A DNA stretch of 63,429 bases, filler included. It is 5 parts of 5 records of this genome, joined end to end, with 100 filler letters (N's around TTAATTAATTAA, not from the genome) between each part and the next. Parts side by side here need not be neighbours in the genome. Positions count along the whole stretch, not along the records: positions 1 to 7,386 come from DRR723986_16188; positions 7,487 to 29,673 come from DRR723986_16209; 3 more parts are not named here. One strand, written 5' to 3'. Below the pieces are notes generated by a model. The model worked only from the letters and a program-made list of their open reading frames with translations. It searched no databases and was not told the origin of the DNA. Made by a program: the position numbers and the translations under genes. This document shows, in pieces, positions 1 to 9,995 of this stretch. Every line of letters begins with the position of its first letter. Position 1 is the first letter of the stretch.

Positions 1-328
1 CGGCAAACTGCCCTTCTGGCTGGCCCCGCGTCAGGTTGTTGTGGCCTCGATCACTTCCGAGGCTGACGATTATGTGGTTGAAGTTGTAGAGACTCTCAGG
101 GCCGCTGGTGTGCGGGCCGAGGCTGACACGCGCAACGAAAAGATCAATTACAAGGTTCGTGAACATTCGGTTGGCAAGGTGCCAGTGATCCTTGCCGTGG
201 GTGGCCGTGAGGTTGAGGAAAAGACCGTCTCCGTGCGACGTTTGGGCGAAAAACAGACCTCGGTGAAGTCTTTGGCCGATGTCGCTGCCGCGCTTGGTGT
301 TGAGGCCACGCCGCCGGATCTGCGCTGA
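1..328 (+). CDS. thrS: Threonyl-tRNA synthetase, C-terminal anticodon-binding part (5' truncated by window edge)
   Basis: Frame reads [14 protein letters not shown]...[29 protein letters not shown]...VSVRRLG, typical ThrRS C-terminus. Confidence 0.95.
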   Translation, partial: GKLPFWLAPRQVVVASITSEADDYVVEVVETLRAAGVRAEADTRNEKINYKVREHSVGKVPVILAVGGREVEEKTVSVRRLGEKQTSVKSLADVAAALGVEATPPDLR

Positions 329-353
329 TCGAAGCCTTTGTAACAATTCTCAC

Positions 354-382
354 ACGGGGCCGTTTGCGCGGCCCCGTTTTTT
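354..382 (+). terminator. Rho-independent terminator after thrS
   Basis: ACGGGGCCG-TTTGCG-CGGCCCCGT stem-loop followed by T run. Confidence 0.75.
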
Positions 383-557
383 CTGGGCCTGTAACATTTC
401 CAACGGGCCAAACGCCAAATTCGCAACAAATCCCCCGAATTTTCCGGCAAATCCTGACAGGATCGTGACACACTCCCTCGTGAGTGGTGTTAGATTGGGT
501 TGAATGCTTTACTCTTCGCATCACCCGTTGATTTGAACACCAAAGGAAGTTTGAAAA

Positions 558-860
558 ATGTCCAACACACTCAAATCCGTCGCGCTTGCAGGCGCTGTTG
601 CCGCAGCGATGACTGCACAGACAACCACGGCCGAGGCGGCTACTCCCGAGAAATGCTATGGAGTCGCATTGTCAGGAGAGAACGACTGCGCCGCAGGCCC
701 GGGTACGACATGTGCCGGCACTTCAGTCACCGACTACCAAGGCAACGCATGGATGTTGGTTGACAAGGGTACATGTGAAACCATTGAACTGCCTGATATG
801 GCGGACGGAACACCTAGATCCCCATCTTTGACCCCACTCGACCGCGATCTGCCTGCATAA
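558..860 (+). CDS. bufA: DUF2282 / BufA1-type secreted RiPP precursor (bufferin-like)
   Basis: Signal peptide then [26 protein letters not shown]...YQGNAW...GTC (4 Cys); directly upstream of a DUF692 gene. Confidence 0.9.
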   Translation: MSNTLKSVALAGAVAAAMTAQTTTAEAATPEKCYGVALSGENDCAAGPGTTCAGTSVTDYQGNAWMLVDKGTCETIELPDMADGTPRSPSLTPLDRDLPA

Positions 861-924
861 GCTTCAATTGTTCCGGGCGGGATTGTCTGGCCCGGAACAC
901 CCTTGATCCACCGGAGGGCGCATC

Positions 925-1773
925 ATGCTCGACACGCGGTCCCGATTTGACCAGTTGCCCAACGCAGCCGGGATCGGATACAAACCCCAACATTTCCAAG
1001 AGCTTCTGGAAGATCCAGGCGCTGTTGAATGGGTTGAGGTTCATGCCGAAAACTACATGGGTGACGGCGGACGCCCCTTGGCCCAGTTGCAAGCTTTGTC
1101 AGAAACCTTTGCGATCTCCATTCATGGCGTAGGCCTGTCCATCGGCGGCCAGCAACCGCTTGATAAGGCACATCTAAATCGGCTCAAACGTCTGTGCGAC
1201 CGCATCAAACCCGCCAGCTTTTCGGAACATCTTGCTTGGTCCACCCATGGCGCGGAATTCATGAATGATCTGCTGCCCCTGCCCTACACAGCAGAAACAC
1301 TGACCCTCGTGAGCGACCATATCAATCAGGTTCAGGATACGTTGGGCCGTCAAATGCTGCTCGAAAATCCGTCCAGCTATCTGGCTTTTGTCGAATCCAC
1401 CTTTTCAGAAACTGACTTTTTGCTCGAAGTTACCCACAAGACCGCCTGCGATCTCTTGCTGGATGTGAATAATGTCTTCATTTCATCCACAAATCTGGGT
1501 CTCAGCCCGCAATCCTATATTGATGCCTATCCTACTGACAGTGTCGGCGAGATCCATGTGGGCGGCCATGACGAAGACGAAGATGATTTTGGCGCGCCTC
1601 TGCTCATTGACAGCCATGCCAAACCCGTTGTTGATCCGGTTTGGTCTTTGCTCGCCTACACGCTTGCACAAACCGGACCGAAACCGGTTTTGGTGGAATG
1701 GGACAACGATATTCCGCCTTGGCCCACCCTCAAGGACGAAGCCAATCGCGCCGCGATGGCCCTTGCAGGATGA
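925..1773 (+). CDS. bufB: DUF692 multinuclear non-heme iron oxidase (MNIO)
   Basis: [51 protein letters not shown] motifs. Confidence 0.95.
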   Translation: MLDTRSRFDQLPNAAGIGYKPQHFQELLEDPGAVEWVEVHAENYMGDGGRPLAQLQALSETFAISIHGVGLSIGGQQPLDKAHLNRLKRLCDRIKPASFSEHLAWSTHGAEFMNDLLPLPYTAETLTLVSDHINQVQDTLGRQMLLENPSSYLAFVESTFSETDFLLEVTHKTACDLLLDVNNVFISSTNLGLSPQSYIDAYPTDSVGEIHVGGHDEDEDDFGAPLLIDSHAKPVVDPVWSLLAYTLAQTGPKPVLVEWDNDIPPWPTLKDEANRAAMALAG

Positions 1774-2513
1774 TCAAACCACACCAATTTCGCGCAGGTT
1801 TGCTGGACCCGGCACTGGCGGTTCCCGACGGCCTGATCGACGGCAAGAGCCAACCGGCGGGCCGCAGATATGACGTCTATCGCAACAATGTCACCACCTC
1901 GCTTTGTGAGGCGCTCTCAACGGCATTTCCTTTGGTCCGCAAGCTGATTGGTCCACAGAATTTCGACAATCTTGCGCCGATTTTTGTTCGAAACCACCCC
2001 CCCAAGTCGCCGCTCATGATGCACTATGGCGTTGATTTTCCAGAATTTATAAAGGGCTTCGCACCCCTTGCGCATATTGGATACTTGGCTGACGCTGCGC
2101 GGCTTGATCAGGCGCTACGCCGCTCCTATCACGCTGCAGATGCCCCAACCTTTGACCCAAGCGGGCTGCAAACCATGGCCCCTGATGCGTTGTCGGAAAT
2201 GCAAATTCAGCTTGCTCCATCCAGCCTGATATTGCGGTCTGATTGGCCTCTCTACGACATCTGGCGGTTCAACAATGAAGATGGCGCTCCCAAACCGCAG
2301 GCCGTTGCGCAGGATATCCTGATCACCCGGCCAGAATTTGATCCACAGCCATGGTTGCTGCCCACAGGAGCAGCGATTTGGCTTGAGGCCTTGGCCCAAG
2401 GCCAGACCTTTGGTGCGGCGCATGACCTCACCATAGCCCGGATGCCTGATTTTGATCTCACCGCCGCTCTTACAACGGCCCTCACATCCCAGGCCTTTAG
2501 AGAAACCCCGTAA
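1770..2513 (+). CDS. bufC: DUF2063 / HvfC-BufC-type MNIO partner protein
   Basis: [10 protein letters not shown]...L...FP...HPPKSP...YG..FP..I motif; ATGA overlap with the DUF692 stop. Confidence 0.9.
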   Translation: MIKPHQFRAGLLDPALAVPDGLIDGKSQPAGRRYDVYRNNVTTSLCEALSTAFPLVRKLIGPQNFDNLAPIFVRNHPPKSPLMMHYGVDFPEFIKGFAPLAHIGYLADAARLDQALRRSYHAADAPTFDPSGLQTMAPDALSEMQIQLAPSSLILRSDWPLYDIWRFNNEDGAPKPQAVAQDILITRPEFDPQPWLLPTGAAIWLEALAQGQTFGAAHDLTIARMPDFDLTAALTTALTSQAFRETP

Positions 2514-2522
2514 GGAACTGAT

Positions 2523-3065
2523 ATGAAACCTCTTATCTCTCTGCATGATACAGTCTTTTCCAAACTTGAACAGGCCAATTGGCTGCTTCCAACGCTCGCA
2601 AGGTTCCTTTTTGCAGCTGTTCTGCTGGTCTATTTCCTCAACTCCGGCCTCACTAAAATCGGAGATGGGGTGTCTGGTCTGTGGACACCTTCTGTAGGGG
2701 CCTATGCCCAGATCTTTCCGCGCGTTCTCGAAGAGGCGGGCTATGACACGGACGCACTTGGACTTTTCCACCGTTTGGTCGTGCTGGCAGGAACATGGGC
2801 GGAGTTCATTTTGCCTGCGTTGATTGTGGTGGGCTTGCTCACCCGCCTTGCAGCCCTCGGAATGATCGGCTTTATCGTGGTGCAATCGCTCACCGACATC
2901 TATGGCCACGGTCAGGGCGGTGTACTGGGCGCATGGTTCGACCGTTTTCCAGACGCTGTTATCATGGACCAACGGGCCTTGTGGGTGCTTTTGTTGTTGG
3001 TTTTGGTTGTCAAAGGTGCGGGGCCTTTGTCCTTCGACCGGGCCTTGAAGCGCCGCAGCATCTGA
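2523..3065 (+). CDS. bufD: DoxX family membrane protein
   Basis: Hydrophobic; LARF...SGLTK, AEFILPALIVVGLLTRLAA, GAGPLSFD; last gene of the DUF692 operon. Confidence 0.9.
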   Translation: MKPLISLHDTVFSKLEQANWLLPTLARFLFAAVLLVYFLNSGLTKIGDGVSGLWTPSVGAYAQIFPRVLEEAGYDTDALGLFHRLVVLAGTWAEFILPALIVVGLLTRLAALGMIGFIVVQSLTDIYGHGQGGVLGAWFDRFPDAVIMDQRALWVLLLLVLVVKGAGPLSFDRALKRRSI

Positions 3066-3111
3066 CGTTTTAGACAACGCTGGCGCGTTTTGCCGCGCCA
3101 GCCGATCACCC

Positions 3112-3435
3112 CTAACTCAAAGCTTTAACTTCCTTCTCTATCTCTTTGTTCCAAGACAGAAAAAGTGCATTATCCACAGCAATCAGCGGCCGCTTCATCA
3201 GGGCCGGATGGGCCTTGATCAACGTCAACGGATCGCCTTGACGCTCTTCCTCGCTCAGCCCTCTCCAGGTCGTGGAACGCGTGTTCAGAAGCGCCGCACC
3301 AAACTTCTGATGGGCCGCGGACAGTACCGCATCAGGAACGCCATCAACACGTACATCAACAAGTATCGCTGCAGGCAATGCCTTCATCGCCTTTCGGCAT
3401 GTGTCGCAGTTTTTCAGACCATAAATTTGCATCAT
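3112..3435 (-). CDS. ArsC/Spx/MgsR family thioredoxin-fold protein
   Basis: IYGLKNCDTCRKA (CxxC), LLNTRSTTWR, HPALMKRPLI. Confidence 0.9.
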   Translation of the reverse strand: MMQIYGLKNCDTCRKAMKALPAAILVDVRVDGVPDAVLSAAHQKFGAALLNTRSTTWRGLSEEERQGDPLTLIKAHPALMKRPLIAVDNALFLSWNKEIEKEVKALS

Positions 3436-3608
3436 TTTCTCTCTTTTTTTTGCGCTCAGTGTGAAATTTGAACAAAATTTTGCGCGATTTACTTGATTTT
3501 TCTCCCGATTGCGCAATCCTTTCTACTGTAGGGCACGCCGGACTGGTTTGGCATAGGCCCTATCCTGTTTCGGCAGGCCTATGAAAGACTAAAGGAGGCG
3601 CGGATATT

Positions 3609-3815
3609 ATGCCGAATGGCACCGTGAAATGGTTTAACACCACCAAAGGTTACGGATTTATCGCACCAGAAGGTGGCGGCAATGACGTTTTTGTACATAT
3701 CTCAGCGGTCGAACGCTCAGGCCTGACTGGCCTTGCAGACGATCAAAAGGTCAGTTTCGAATTGTCCGAAGGCCGCGACGGCCGTCAAATGGCCTCCGAC
3801 ATAACCTTGTTGTAG
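3609..3815 (+). CDS. cspA: Cold-shock protein
   Basis: GTVKWFN..KGYGFI..DVFVHISA (RNP1/RNP2); AAGGAGG RBS. Confidence 0.95.
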   Translation: MPNGTVKWFNTTKGYGFIAPEGGGNDVFVHISAVERSGLTGLADDQKVSFELSEGRDGRQMASDITLL

Positions 3816-3886
3816 CAGCAGAATTGAGCGATCTACCTGGCGATTTGGCGCCGCGTTCCGGCGCCAAGCGAATGATTTTGACGTGC

Positions 3887-5071
3887 TCATGACACTGCGC
3901 AGGGCAGCGATTGATACCCGTGAAATCTGATGCGTCCACCGCCTACCCGTTCGGAGTTCAGGGCGTAATCTGGATAACGCCGCAAAAAGCGTTCGATCGC
4001 AATCCGGCCCTCCATCCGCGCCAGCGTCAGTCCCACGCAAACATGTGGCCCTCCGGCAAAAGCAAGGTGCCGGTTTGGTTGCCGCGCTATGTCAAATTCG
4101 GTGGGATTATCAAACACATCCGGGTCGCGGTTGGCCGCGCCGATGCACAGATGCAGGTTCGTCCCCGGTTGGATTGTAATACCGCCAATCGTCACCTCTG
4201 CGGTCGTCTCGCGATTGCCGAACTGATTTGGTGACCGAAGGCGCAGCATCTCTTCCACGGCGGTGTTGATCAGCGATGGATCATCAATCAGACGCGCCTT
4301 TTGTGATGGATGATCGTTAAGCAAGGCCAGACCGTTGCCAATCAGGTTTGTCGTGGTCTCATGGCCCGCATTCAGGATAAAAATACAGTTCTGGATCAAC
4401 TCAATCTCGGTCAACTGGCCCGTGTCGTCCCCATTGATCAACCGCGTCAGCACGTCGGTTTCTGGATCACCCGGCTTTGCCTTTCGCCGGGCGATGAGAT
4501 CGGTGAGGTAAGCTTTGAAGTCGCGCACCGCTTGATGGCCGGTCTCAAGCTGTTCCGGGCTCAGAACCGGCTCCAACGCGCCGAGGATCGACAGGGACCA
4601 ATCCCGCAGAGGCCCGCGTTCCTCCATCGGGACATCCAGCAGATTTCCGATGATTTGAATGGGGATCGTAGACGCAAAATCTTCAATCAGGTCAGCATGT
4701 TGCGGCATGACGTTCAACAAGTTATCGACCGTTTTGATTAACCCCGGCTCCATCCGCGCCAAGGCTTTGGGCGTCAGGGCCGATGTCATGATCCGCCGGA
4801 CCCGCGTGTGCAGGGGCGGGTCGTTGAACACCAGCGAGGTGGTATGATGTTCGAATAGTGGTGTATCCAGCCCGAATTTGGGGGCAAAGGCCGCCTTTTT
4901 ATCCGAAATATAGGTTGTCGTGTCGCGGTAGATGGCATTCAGATCGGCGTGTTTGCAAATCAGGACAGAGCCGTCCGGCTGCTCCAAAACAGGGGTTTCA
5001 GCCAGCAGGCGATCGTAATGCGGAAACGGGTTGTCGGTGAAACCGGCGGGTGGGTTGGCAAGATCAAACAT
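3887..5071 (-). CDS. Cytochrome P450
   Basis: DPPLHTRVR, AGHETT, EEMLR, FAGGPHVCVG heme-thiolate motif. Confidence 0.95.
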   Translation of the reverse strand: MFDLANPPAGFTDNPFPHYDRLLAETPVLEQPDGSVLICKHADLNAIYRDTTTYISDKKAAFAPKFGLDTPLFEHHTTSLVFNDPPLHTRVRRIMTSALTPKALARMEPGLIKTVDNLLNVMPQHADLIEDFASTIPIQIIGNLLDVPMEERGPLRDWSLSILGALEPVLSPEQLETGHQAVRDFKAYLTDLIARRKAKPGDPETDVLTRLINGDDTGQLTEIELIQNCIFILNAGHETTTNLIGNGLALLNDHPSQKARLIDDPSLINTAVEEMLRLRSPNQFGNRETTAEVTIGGITIQPGTNLHLCIGAANRDPDVFDNPTEFDIARQPNRHLAFAGGPHVCVGLTLARMEGRIAIERFLRRYPDYALNSERVGGGRIRFHGYQSLPCAVS

Positions 5072-5114
5072 GGCGGCAGTCTGGCCTTTGCCACGCCGGT
5101 GTCAATGCGGCGCG

Positions 5115-5438
5115 CTAGCCCGCCTGCATGCAATCGCGGCATTTCGGCATGGAAGGGTCCGCAGCAAGGCGGGCAGGCTCGACCGCCTCGCCGCAATCGG
5201 TGCAAAAGCCGTATTCGCCCTCCGCAAGCCGCGCCAGAGCCGCCTGAATGCGCAGCCGCTCGGCCCCGCGTCGCCGCGCCTGTGCCTGTGCCATCGCCTG
5301 ATATTGCAGGGCATCCATCCGCGAGAGCCGGCCAACCGCCTGTTGATCCAATTCAACGGTCTTTTGCCCGTCGAGGCCAGCGGCATCTTCGGCATCAAGC
5401 GCCTCAAGTCGGGCGTGTAGGGCAGTTTTCGGATCCAT
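5115..5438 (-). CDS. TraR/DksA C4-type zinc finger protein
   Basis: VELDQQAVGRLSRMDALQ...ALARL..GEYGFCTDCGE...RL...KCRDC; start taken at MDPKT. Confidence 0.9.
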   Translation of the reverse strand: MDPKTALHARLEALDAEDAAGLDGQKTVELDQQAVGRLSRMDALQYQAMAQAQARRRGAERLRIQAALARLAEGEYGFCTDCGEAVEPARLAADPSMPKCRDCMQAG

Positions 5439-5490
5439 GTGTTGTGGTAGGGCCGGGTTCACCCCGCCGTCAAGGGCATGGTGCAGGCAT

Positions 5491-5624
5491 CGCCGGGCAG
5501 CGACCGACCTAGAGGGCGCCTCCCCCCTCCAAGCGGCAGAGGGGCGGCGCAAAATGCACAGCTTTCATGAGGTGTGATCCGGTGCAAAAGCGCCCTCCTG
5601 GGGGAGGTCGGGCGCTGCCCGGCG
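5491..5624. repeat. ~134-bp palindromic intergenic element (REP/MITE-like)
   Basis: CGCCGGGCAGCGACCGACCT (5491-5510) pairs with AGGTCGGGCGCTGCCCGGCG (5605-5624) with 1 mismatch; inner GAGGGCGC/GCGCCCTC and TGCAC/GTGCA also pair. Confidence 0.7.
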
Positions 5625-5729
5625 GGGTGGGTTCTTCGACGATAAGGGCCATTTGTCTAATTGCAGCTTTCTAAAAGCCGTGAGAAGGCCAAGCCTTCCA
5701 TGGCTAACAACTAAACAAGAATCGCGCAA

Positions 5730-6659
5730 CTATCTGTCGGCAATAACCCCGCCCGTATCTTCGAGTAGTTTCTGATACTCAGTTACCAACCCAGCAAGCA
5801 TTAATGGTTGAAACTTCAGAGAGTTCAACAACACCACAAAGGAATTGAAAGAATTGGACGGGCGCATTGTGGCAGGTCCATCCCAGTTCGCAAGACTATC
5901 CCTGACCCATCGCCCACCCTCAGAATTTCCTAGATGGATCATTTGCAAAAGGGCAGCCGAATGATCTGGTCGACCCTCATTGGTTAGAAAAGACAGAGCA
6001 AACGTTCTGATCTCTTGGAAACCATCCAAATCGACTTCATGAACTATGCTCTGGAGACCACTACGCACATTCCCCTGGCAAACACAAAACACATTGAGCC
6101 AAGACTGATTTGGATCATGATTTAGAAGTAGTGAGGGCAGAAAACATCGGTCGAGATGTTTCATAGCCAACCCGGAAGTGTGTTCTGAGACTGCTTCAAC
6201 CTCGGGAAAACTGGACCCAAATACCACTTCCGGTCCTTGCCATTCTTGCATGTCGACACCCAGCTGACTGATCAAGGTGAAATACTCGACAAGGCTCGCA
6301 TTGAGAACGAGAAACCTGCCAAGAAGTCTAGCCCTCTCACGCTTCTCATGTTTGACTTTTTCGATTTCTTTTTCACGTTTCTCAGCGGCAGACGCGTATT
6401 CCTGCGAAAGCGAGTTAAGAAACAAACCAATAACAACAATTCCCGAAATGGCCTGAAAGCCTGCCACCAGTTTCCCGTCGAGGGAAACTGGTGCTATGTC
6501 TCCGTACCCAAGAGTGGTAATGGTAACAGCGCTAAAGTAGAGACCTTCCAATAGCCCATCTTTGAGTGGAACGAGGCCAAAATACCAATATACGAATCCG
6601 AAAGCCGGTACCATTGCCAAATACAGAAGTCCAAATAGCCGAGAACCCTGATTTTTCAT
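5730..6659 (-). CDS. Potassium-channel-family protein (2-TM pore domain) with unassigned C-terminal domain
   Basis: TM - YFSAVTITTLGYGDIAP selectivity filter - TM, then a coiled segment and ~190 aa soluble domain; AT-richer than flanks. Confidence 0.8.
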   Translation of the reverse strand: MKNQGSRLFGLLYLAMVPAFGFVYWYFGLVPLKDGLLEGLYFSAVTITTLGYGDIAPVSLDGKLVAGFQAISGIVVIGLFLNSLSQEYASAAEKREKEIEKVKHEKRERARLLGRFLVLNASLVEYFTLISQLGVDMQEWQGPEVVFGSSFPEVEAVSEHTSGLAMKHLDRCFLPSLLLNHDPNQSWLNVFCVCQGNVRSGLQSIVHEVDLDGFQEIRTFALSFLTNEGRPDHSAALLQMIHLGNSEGGRWVRDSLANWDGPATMRPSNSFNSFVVLLNSLKFQPLMLAGLVTEYQKLLEDTGGVIADR

Positions 6660-6752
6660 TTGATCTCCAACACAACATATTTGGACCAAAGGCAGCGCAA
6701 AGCGCGCCTGTTTTGAACTCAAAACGCTCCAATTGAGCGTTGTGCCCCCCGC

Positions 6753-7386
6753 TTAAGCAGGAGCGTTCAAAACCCCTTCAAATTCCCGCCATTCGCCTTT
6801 GCTCATGCCGGAGTTCTCCTGCGTGACCGTCTCGCCCTTGAGCATCCGGCGCAGGCAATCCAGCGCCTTTCCAGACAGCGTCGCGCCACCCAGACGATAG
6901 TCCTCAAACGCGCCATAGGCTGCGGGCACCCAGTCGGCCACCACCTTGCAGATCGCATCCGCGTAAACCCGGATCTCATATTGCGCATGGGCATCGGCCC
7001 GCAAGCGCAGGAAGTGGAAGAGATTGTGCAGATCCACCTTCCAGTACCACTGCGTATAGACATTGGCGGGCAGGTTCATCCGCGCCAGCTCGCGGGCCAG
7101 ACCGTCCTGCCCCTCTTGCGAGATCATTTCCTGATAATGGTCATAGGCGCGGCTGCTGTCTGCCTTGAGGATCTCCAGCACACGGGCCGCTTCTTCCCCT
7201 TCAAGCAGGCCGCCCCGCCCCTGATTGTTCACCGTGCTTTGCGCATTGATGTGCTCGGGCGCGGGGATGTAGAACTCGCGGTCCAGAATGGAATAACGGG
7301 CGGAATATTCGTTCACATTGGCGGTGCGGTGGCGGATCCATTGCCGCGCGACAAAGACCGGCAGTTTCACATGCAGCTTGATCTCG
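6753..7386 (-). CDS. thyX: FAD-dependent thymidylate synthase ThyX (5' truncated at contig end)
   Basis: [21 protein letters not shown] motif, [22 protein letters not shown]. Confidence 0.95.
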
Positions 7387-7486
7387 NNNNNNNNNNNNNN
7401 NNNNNNNNNNNNNNNNNNNNNNNNNNNNNNTTAATTAATTAANNNNNNNNNNNNNNNNNNNNNNNNNNNNNNNNNNNNNNNNNNNN
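7387..7486. other. Artificial contig linker
   Basis: N44-TTAATTAATTAA-N44 (stops in all frames). Confidence 0.99.
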
Positions 7487-7539
7487 CGAATTACACCACC
7501 TGATGGGACGCTACCCCTTGTGAAGAGGCGATATAGACT

Positions 7540-7743
7540 ATGGCAACGCTGCAGGAAAAACTGGCGGAATCTCTTGAGGCTCTGAAGGAGCTTCAGGAAC
7601 GTGGCGCTATTGCTATCCGTGGCGCAGACCTTTCTCGTGTCCATCGCGAACGTCTGAGCAAAGCCGGATTTCTCAAGGAAGTGATGGAAGGCTGGTACAT
7701 ACCCGCCCGCCCACGGCAAATCAGGTTCCCGGCCAATCATTGA
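7540..7743 (+). pseudogene. N-terminal fragment of a Fic-family protein
   Basis: MATLQEKLAESLEALKELQ...DLSRVHRERL..AGFLKEVMEGWYIPARP resembles the N-terminus of long Fic proteins; ends after 67 aa with no Fic motif. Confidence 0.6.
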
Positions 7744-7804
7744 ACCAGTCATCGAAGATGCTTGTCATATACTCCCGGTTTTGAGGGCGTGACGCGGTCA
7801 GACC

Positions 7805-9124
7805 CTATGCAGCTTGCCGAAGCTGGCCTGCGATCCTCAGCGCATTCGCTTCAATGAGGCTGGCCGCCTGTTCGACATATCCCGTGGTGCAGCCCGGTTG
7901 GGCCGCGACGGCGTTTGTCACGGCGACGCGGCGGGCGACCATTGCGTCCACCAATTCCTGGACACGTTTGCGGACATCGGCCGGTCGGTAACCGACGGCT
8001 TCGGAAATCGCATCCCAGTGGCGCGCGGCGACATCACCGGGCTTGCGCTTCCTGCCGGCAATGTTCTGCGCGAAATATTGCACGATCCGGGGCCAGGGCA
8101 GAACGGTCGAAACATCATAGAGCGGCGCGAGACGTGGCTCTGACCCGATCGGTAGCAACAGGGAATAGTTTTTTGCGTGGGCGTCCGTGTTGGCAACGAG
8201 AATGTTGAAGATGAGCTGGTCGAGCAGGGCCAGTGCATCTGCAGGCGGAAGGTTCTGTCCGGTCCTGAGCAGGGTTTTAATATCCGGGCCGGCAAGTGTG
8301 CCGCGCTCGTATTTCCGTCCAGGCGGCACACCGTTCGCCTGCGCGAAGTCTTCCTGGTGAACGCGTTGCAAGGTGCCGCGCCGGTTGATCCGCCGGTCAT
8401 ATCGCAGGACACAGATGGCGTTGCGAGTTCTGGCGGGCAGGACGGCGGCTTCGGCCGCAGGGATCCCGATCGCCCCGGCAAGGGTCAGGCAATAGGTCTC
8501 GTTTTCCACAATGCCAGGCAGGATCGGATTGTCGGGTTTCAGGATGATGGTTGAGGGCGCTCCATTGCGCGGAATCGCCAGAACGTCGCCTTCCTTTGGC
8601 AGCCGCAGGACGGCTGCGCCGGTTTGATCGAGAACCGCCAGGGCCGATTTCTTCTGGCCGCCGGCCAGTGATAGGCGGACACCTTCTTCGCCGACCAGGA
8701 GCGGGCGTTCCCCGAGGTCTTCGAAATGGCGTTCCAGGGCGGCCTCGGGATCCTTGATCTTGTAGAACTCCGTGAGCGGCGTATAGGCCCAGGCCGCCCG
8801 TTCGGACGGGACGCTGAACGAAAGCGCGCCCGCCGTATCCCCGCCGATCTCACAGAGAATGGCCGGCGTGTCTGCGCGGTCGAGCCCCAGAGAGCGGGTC
8901 AGGATCGTGAGCTGTTCTTCTTCTGGAAGAAGGTTGGCGAGCCATGGAGAGATGATTTCGGACCAATAGGCTTTCTTCCCGAGGGGCAAGGTCAGCGAGA
9001 TCGGGAAAGCACCTTCGGTGGCGAGCCAGTTGCTGGTATAGGCAAAGCCGAGTGCGCCGTCATCGCCGACGGTAATGTCGCCGATGTGCAGGGCGTCAAA
9101 CCAGACCGGGACAGCATTGGTCAC
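7805..9124 (-). CDS. hipA: HipA family kinase toxin
   Basis: N-terminal Couple_hipA region (FPISLTLP...WLANLLPE), SLAGGQKK, ILKP, RYDR, HQEDFAQ, NTDAHAKNYSL, LAPLYD. Confidence 0.95.
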   Translation of the reverse strand: MTNAVPVWFDALHIGDITVGDDGALGFAYTSNWLATEGAFPISLTLPLGKKAYWSEIISPWLANLLPEEEQLTILTRSLGLDRADTPAILCEIGGDTAGALSFSVPSERAAWAYTPLTEFYKIKDPEAALERHFEDLGERPLLVGEEGVRLSLAGGQKKSALAVLDQTGAAVLRLPKEGDVLAIPRNGAPSTIILKPDNPILPGIVENETYCLTLAGAIGIPAAEAAVLPARTRNAICVLRYDRRINRRGTLQRVHQEDFAQANGVPPGRKYERGTLAGPDIKTLLRTGQNLPPADALALLDQLIFNILVANTDAHAKNYSLLLPIGSEPRLAPLYDVSTVLPWPRIVQYFAQNIAGRKRKPGDVAARHWDAISEAVGYRPADVRKRVQELVDAMVARRVAVTNAVAAQPGCTTGYVEQAASLIEANALRIAGQLRQAA

Positions 9125-9468
9125 GCATAATCTCCGAGATCATAGCCGCGGCGCTCGCTATTTTCTTCTGCAGGCGGCGTCTCTTCCGGGGTATCGAGCA
9201 GGCTGCCGGCATTGACGCGCAGGGCCGCAGAGATCCGGTAGAGGCTGGTCAGGCGCAGGTCCCGTTTGCCGGTCTCGATCAGGGAAAGGGCAGGGGCACT
9301 GATACCGCACAGCCGGGCCAGTTCATGCAGGTTCAAGCCGCGCGTTTCCCGCAGCTTGCGAATACGGGCGCCGGCCTGGGCGAGTTGAGTCTGTTCCTGC
9401 TCTTGAGTCACAGCGATGATCCTTTTATCGAATACGGTAAATATTGGATCGTTTGGGGCCTTTGGCAA
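9121..9468 (-). CDS. XRE helix-turn-helix antitoxin (HipB-like); start uncertain
   Basis: IRKLRETRGLNLHELARLCGISAPALSLIETGKRDLRLTSL; GTGA overlap with hipA start. Confidence 0.85.
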   Translation of the reverse strand: MPKAPNDPIFTVFDKRIIAVTQEQEQTQLAQAGARIRKLRETRGLNLHELARLCGISAPALSLIETGKRDLRLTSLYRISAALRVNAGSLLDTPEETPPAEENSERRGYDLGDYA

Positions 9469-9637
9469 GATCTTTTACCGAAAAAGGTAAAAGTTGGGTT
9501 TGGGAGAGGCTTGAGGAGTTTATTTTACTGAATTCGATAAAATTCTGTATTGTGGCCAGAGATAGAAGAACAAATGCCTCGCAAGAGGCGGCACCACTAC
9601 GAACGAATGCATTGACCGGGGATACCATCCCCTGGGG

Positions 9638-9800
9638 CTAAGTATGACGATTCCCGGGATGTCGCCCCATCCGTGCCCGGCTCACCCGGTCGAGATGCGT
9701 GGTGATCTGAGCGATCGCACTCGCGAGATCGGTTTTGACCGTAGTTTCAGAGACAGAGAGTTGATCGGCAATTTGGCGATAGGTCAGACGAGGCGCGGGA
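9638..9800 (-). pseudogene. Remnant of a sigma-70 region 4 / LuxR-type HTH
   Basis: LTYRQIADQLSVSETTVKTDLASAI with no credible N-terminal domain. Confidence 0.45.
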
Positions 9801-9941
9801 CTTATACGATCTCGTAGTGAGCATTCAGCACAATCTGAAGACGATGAATATCTAGCCTCACTTGTGGCTGTTGCAGTGGCTTGGGGAAGGGGCGTTTTTA
9901 AAAATTTCAATATTTATTGGCTTTAGACCTACTATTGGCGT

Positions 9942-9979
9942 ATTTTTCAATATTTTAGATTGCGGGTTGTTTGAAAAAT
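9942..9979 (+). promoter_or_regulatory. Inverted repeat in abiE promoter (candidate AbiEi operator)
   Basis: ATTTTTCAA-N20-TTGAAAAAT 16 nt upstream of abiEi; AbiEi proteins autorepress through promoter inverted repeats. Confidence 0.4.
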
Positions 9980-9995
9980 TTGTATTTTAAGGATC

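Noticed and set aside
5640-5730. Possible integron attC next to the K+-channel gene
   Set aside because: No convincing paired R/L boxes and no integron integrase
7431-7442. TTAATTAATTAA palindrome repeated four times in the window
   Set aside because: Synthetic linker inside N runs, not biological
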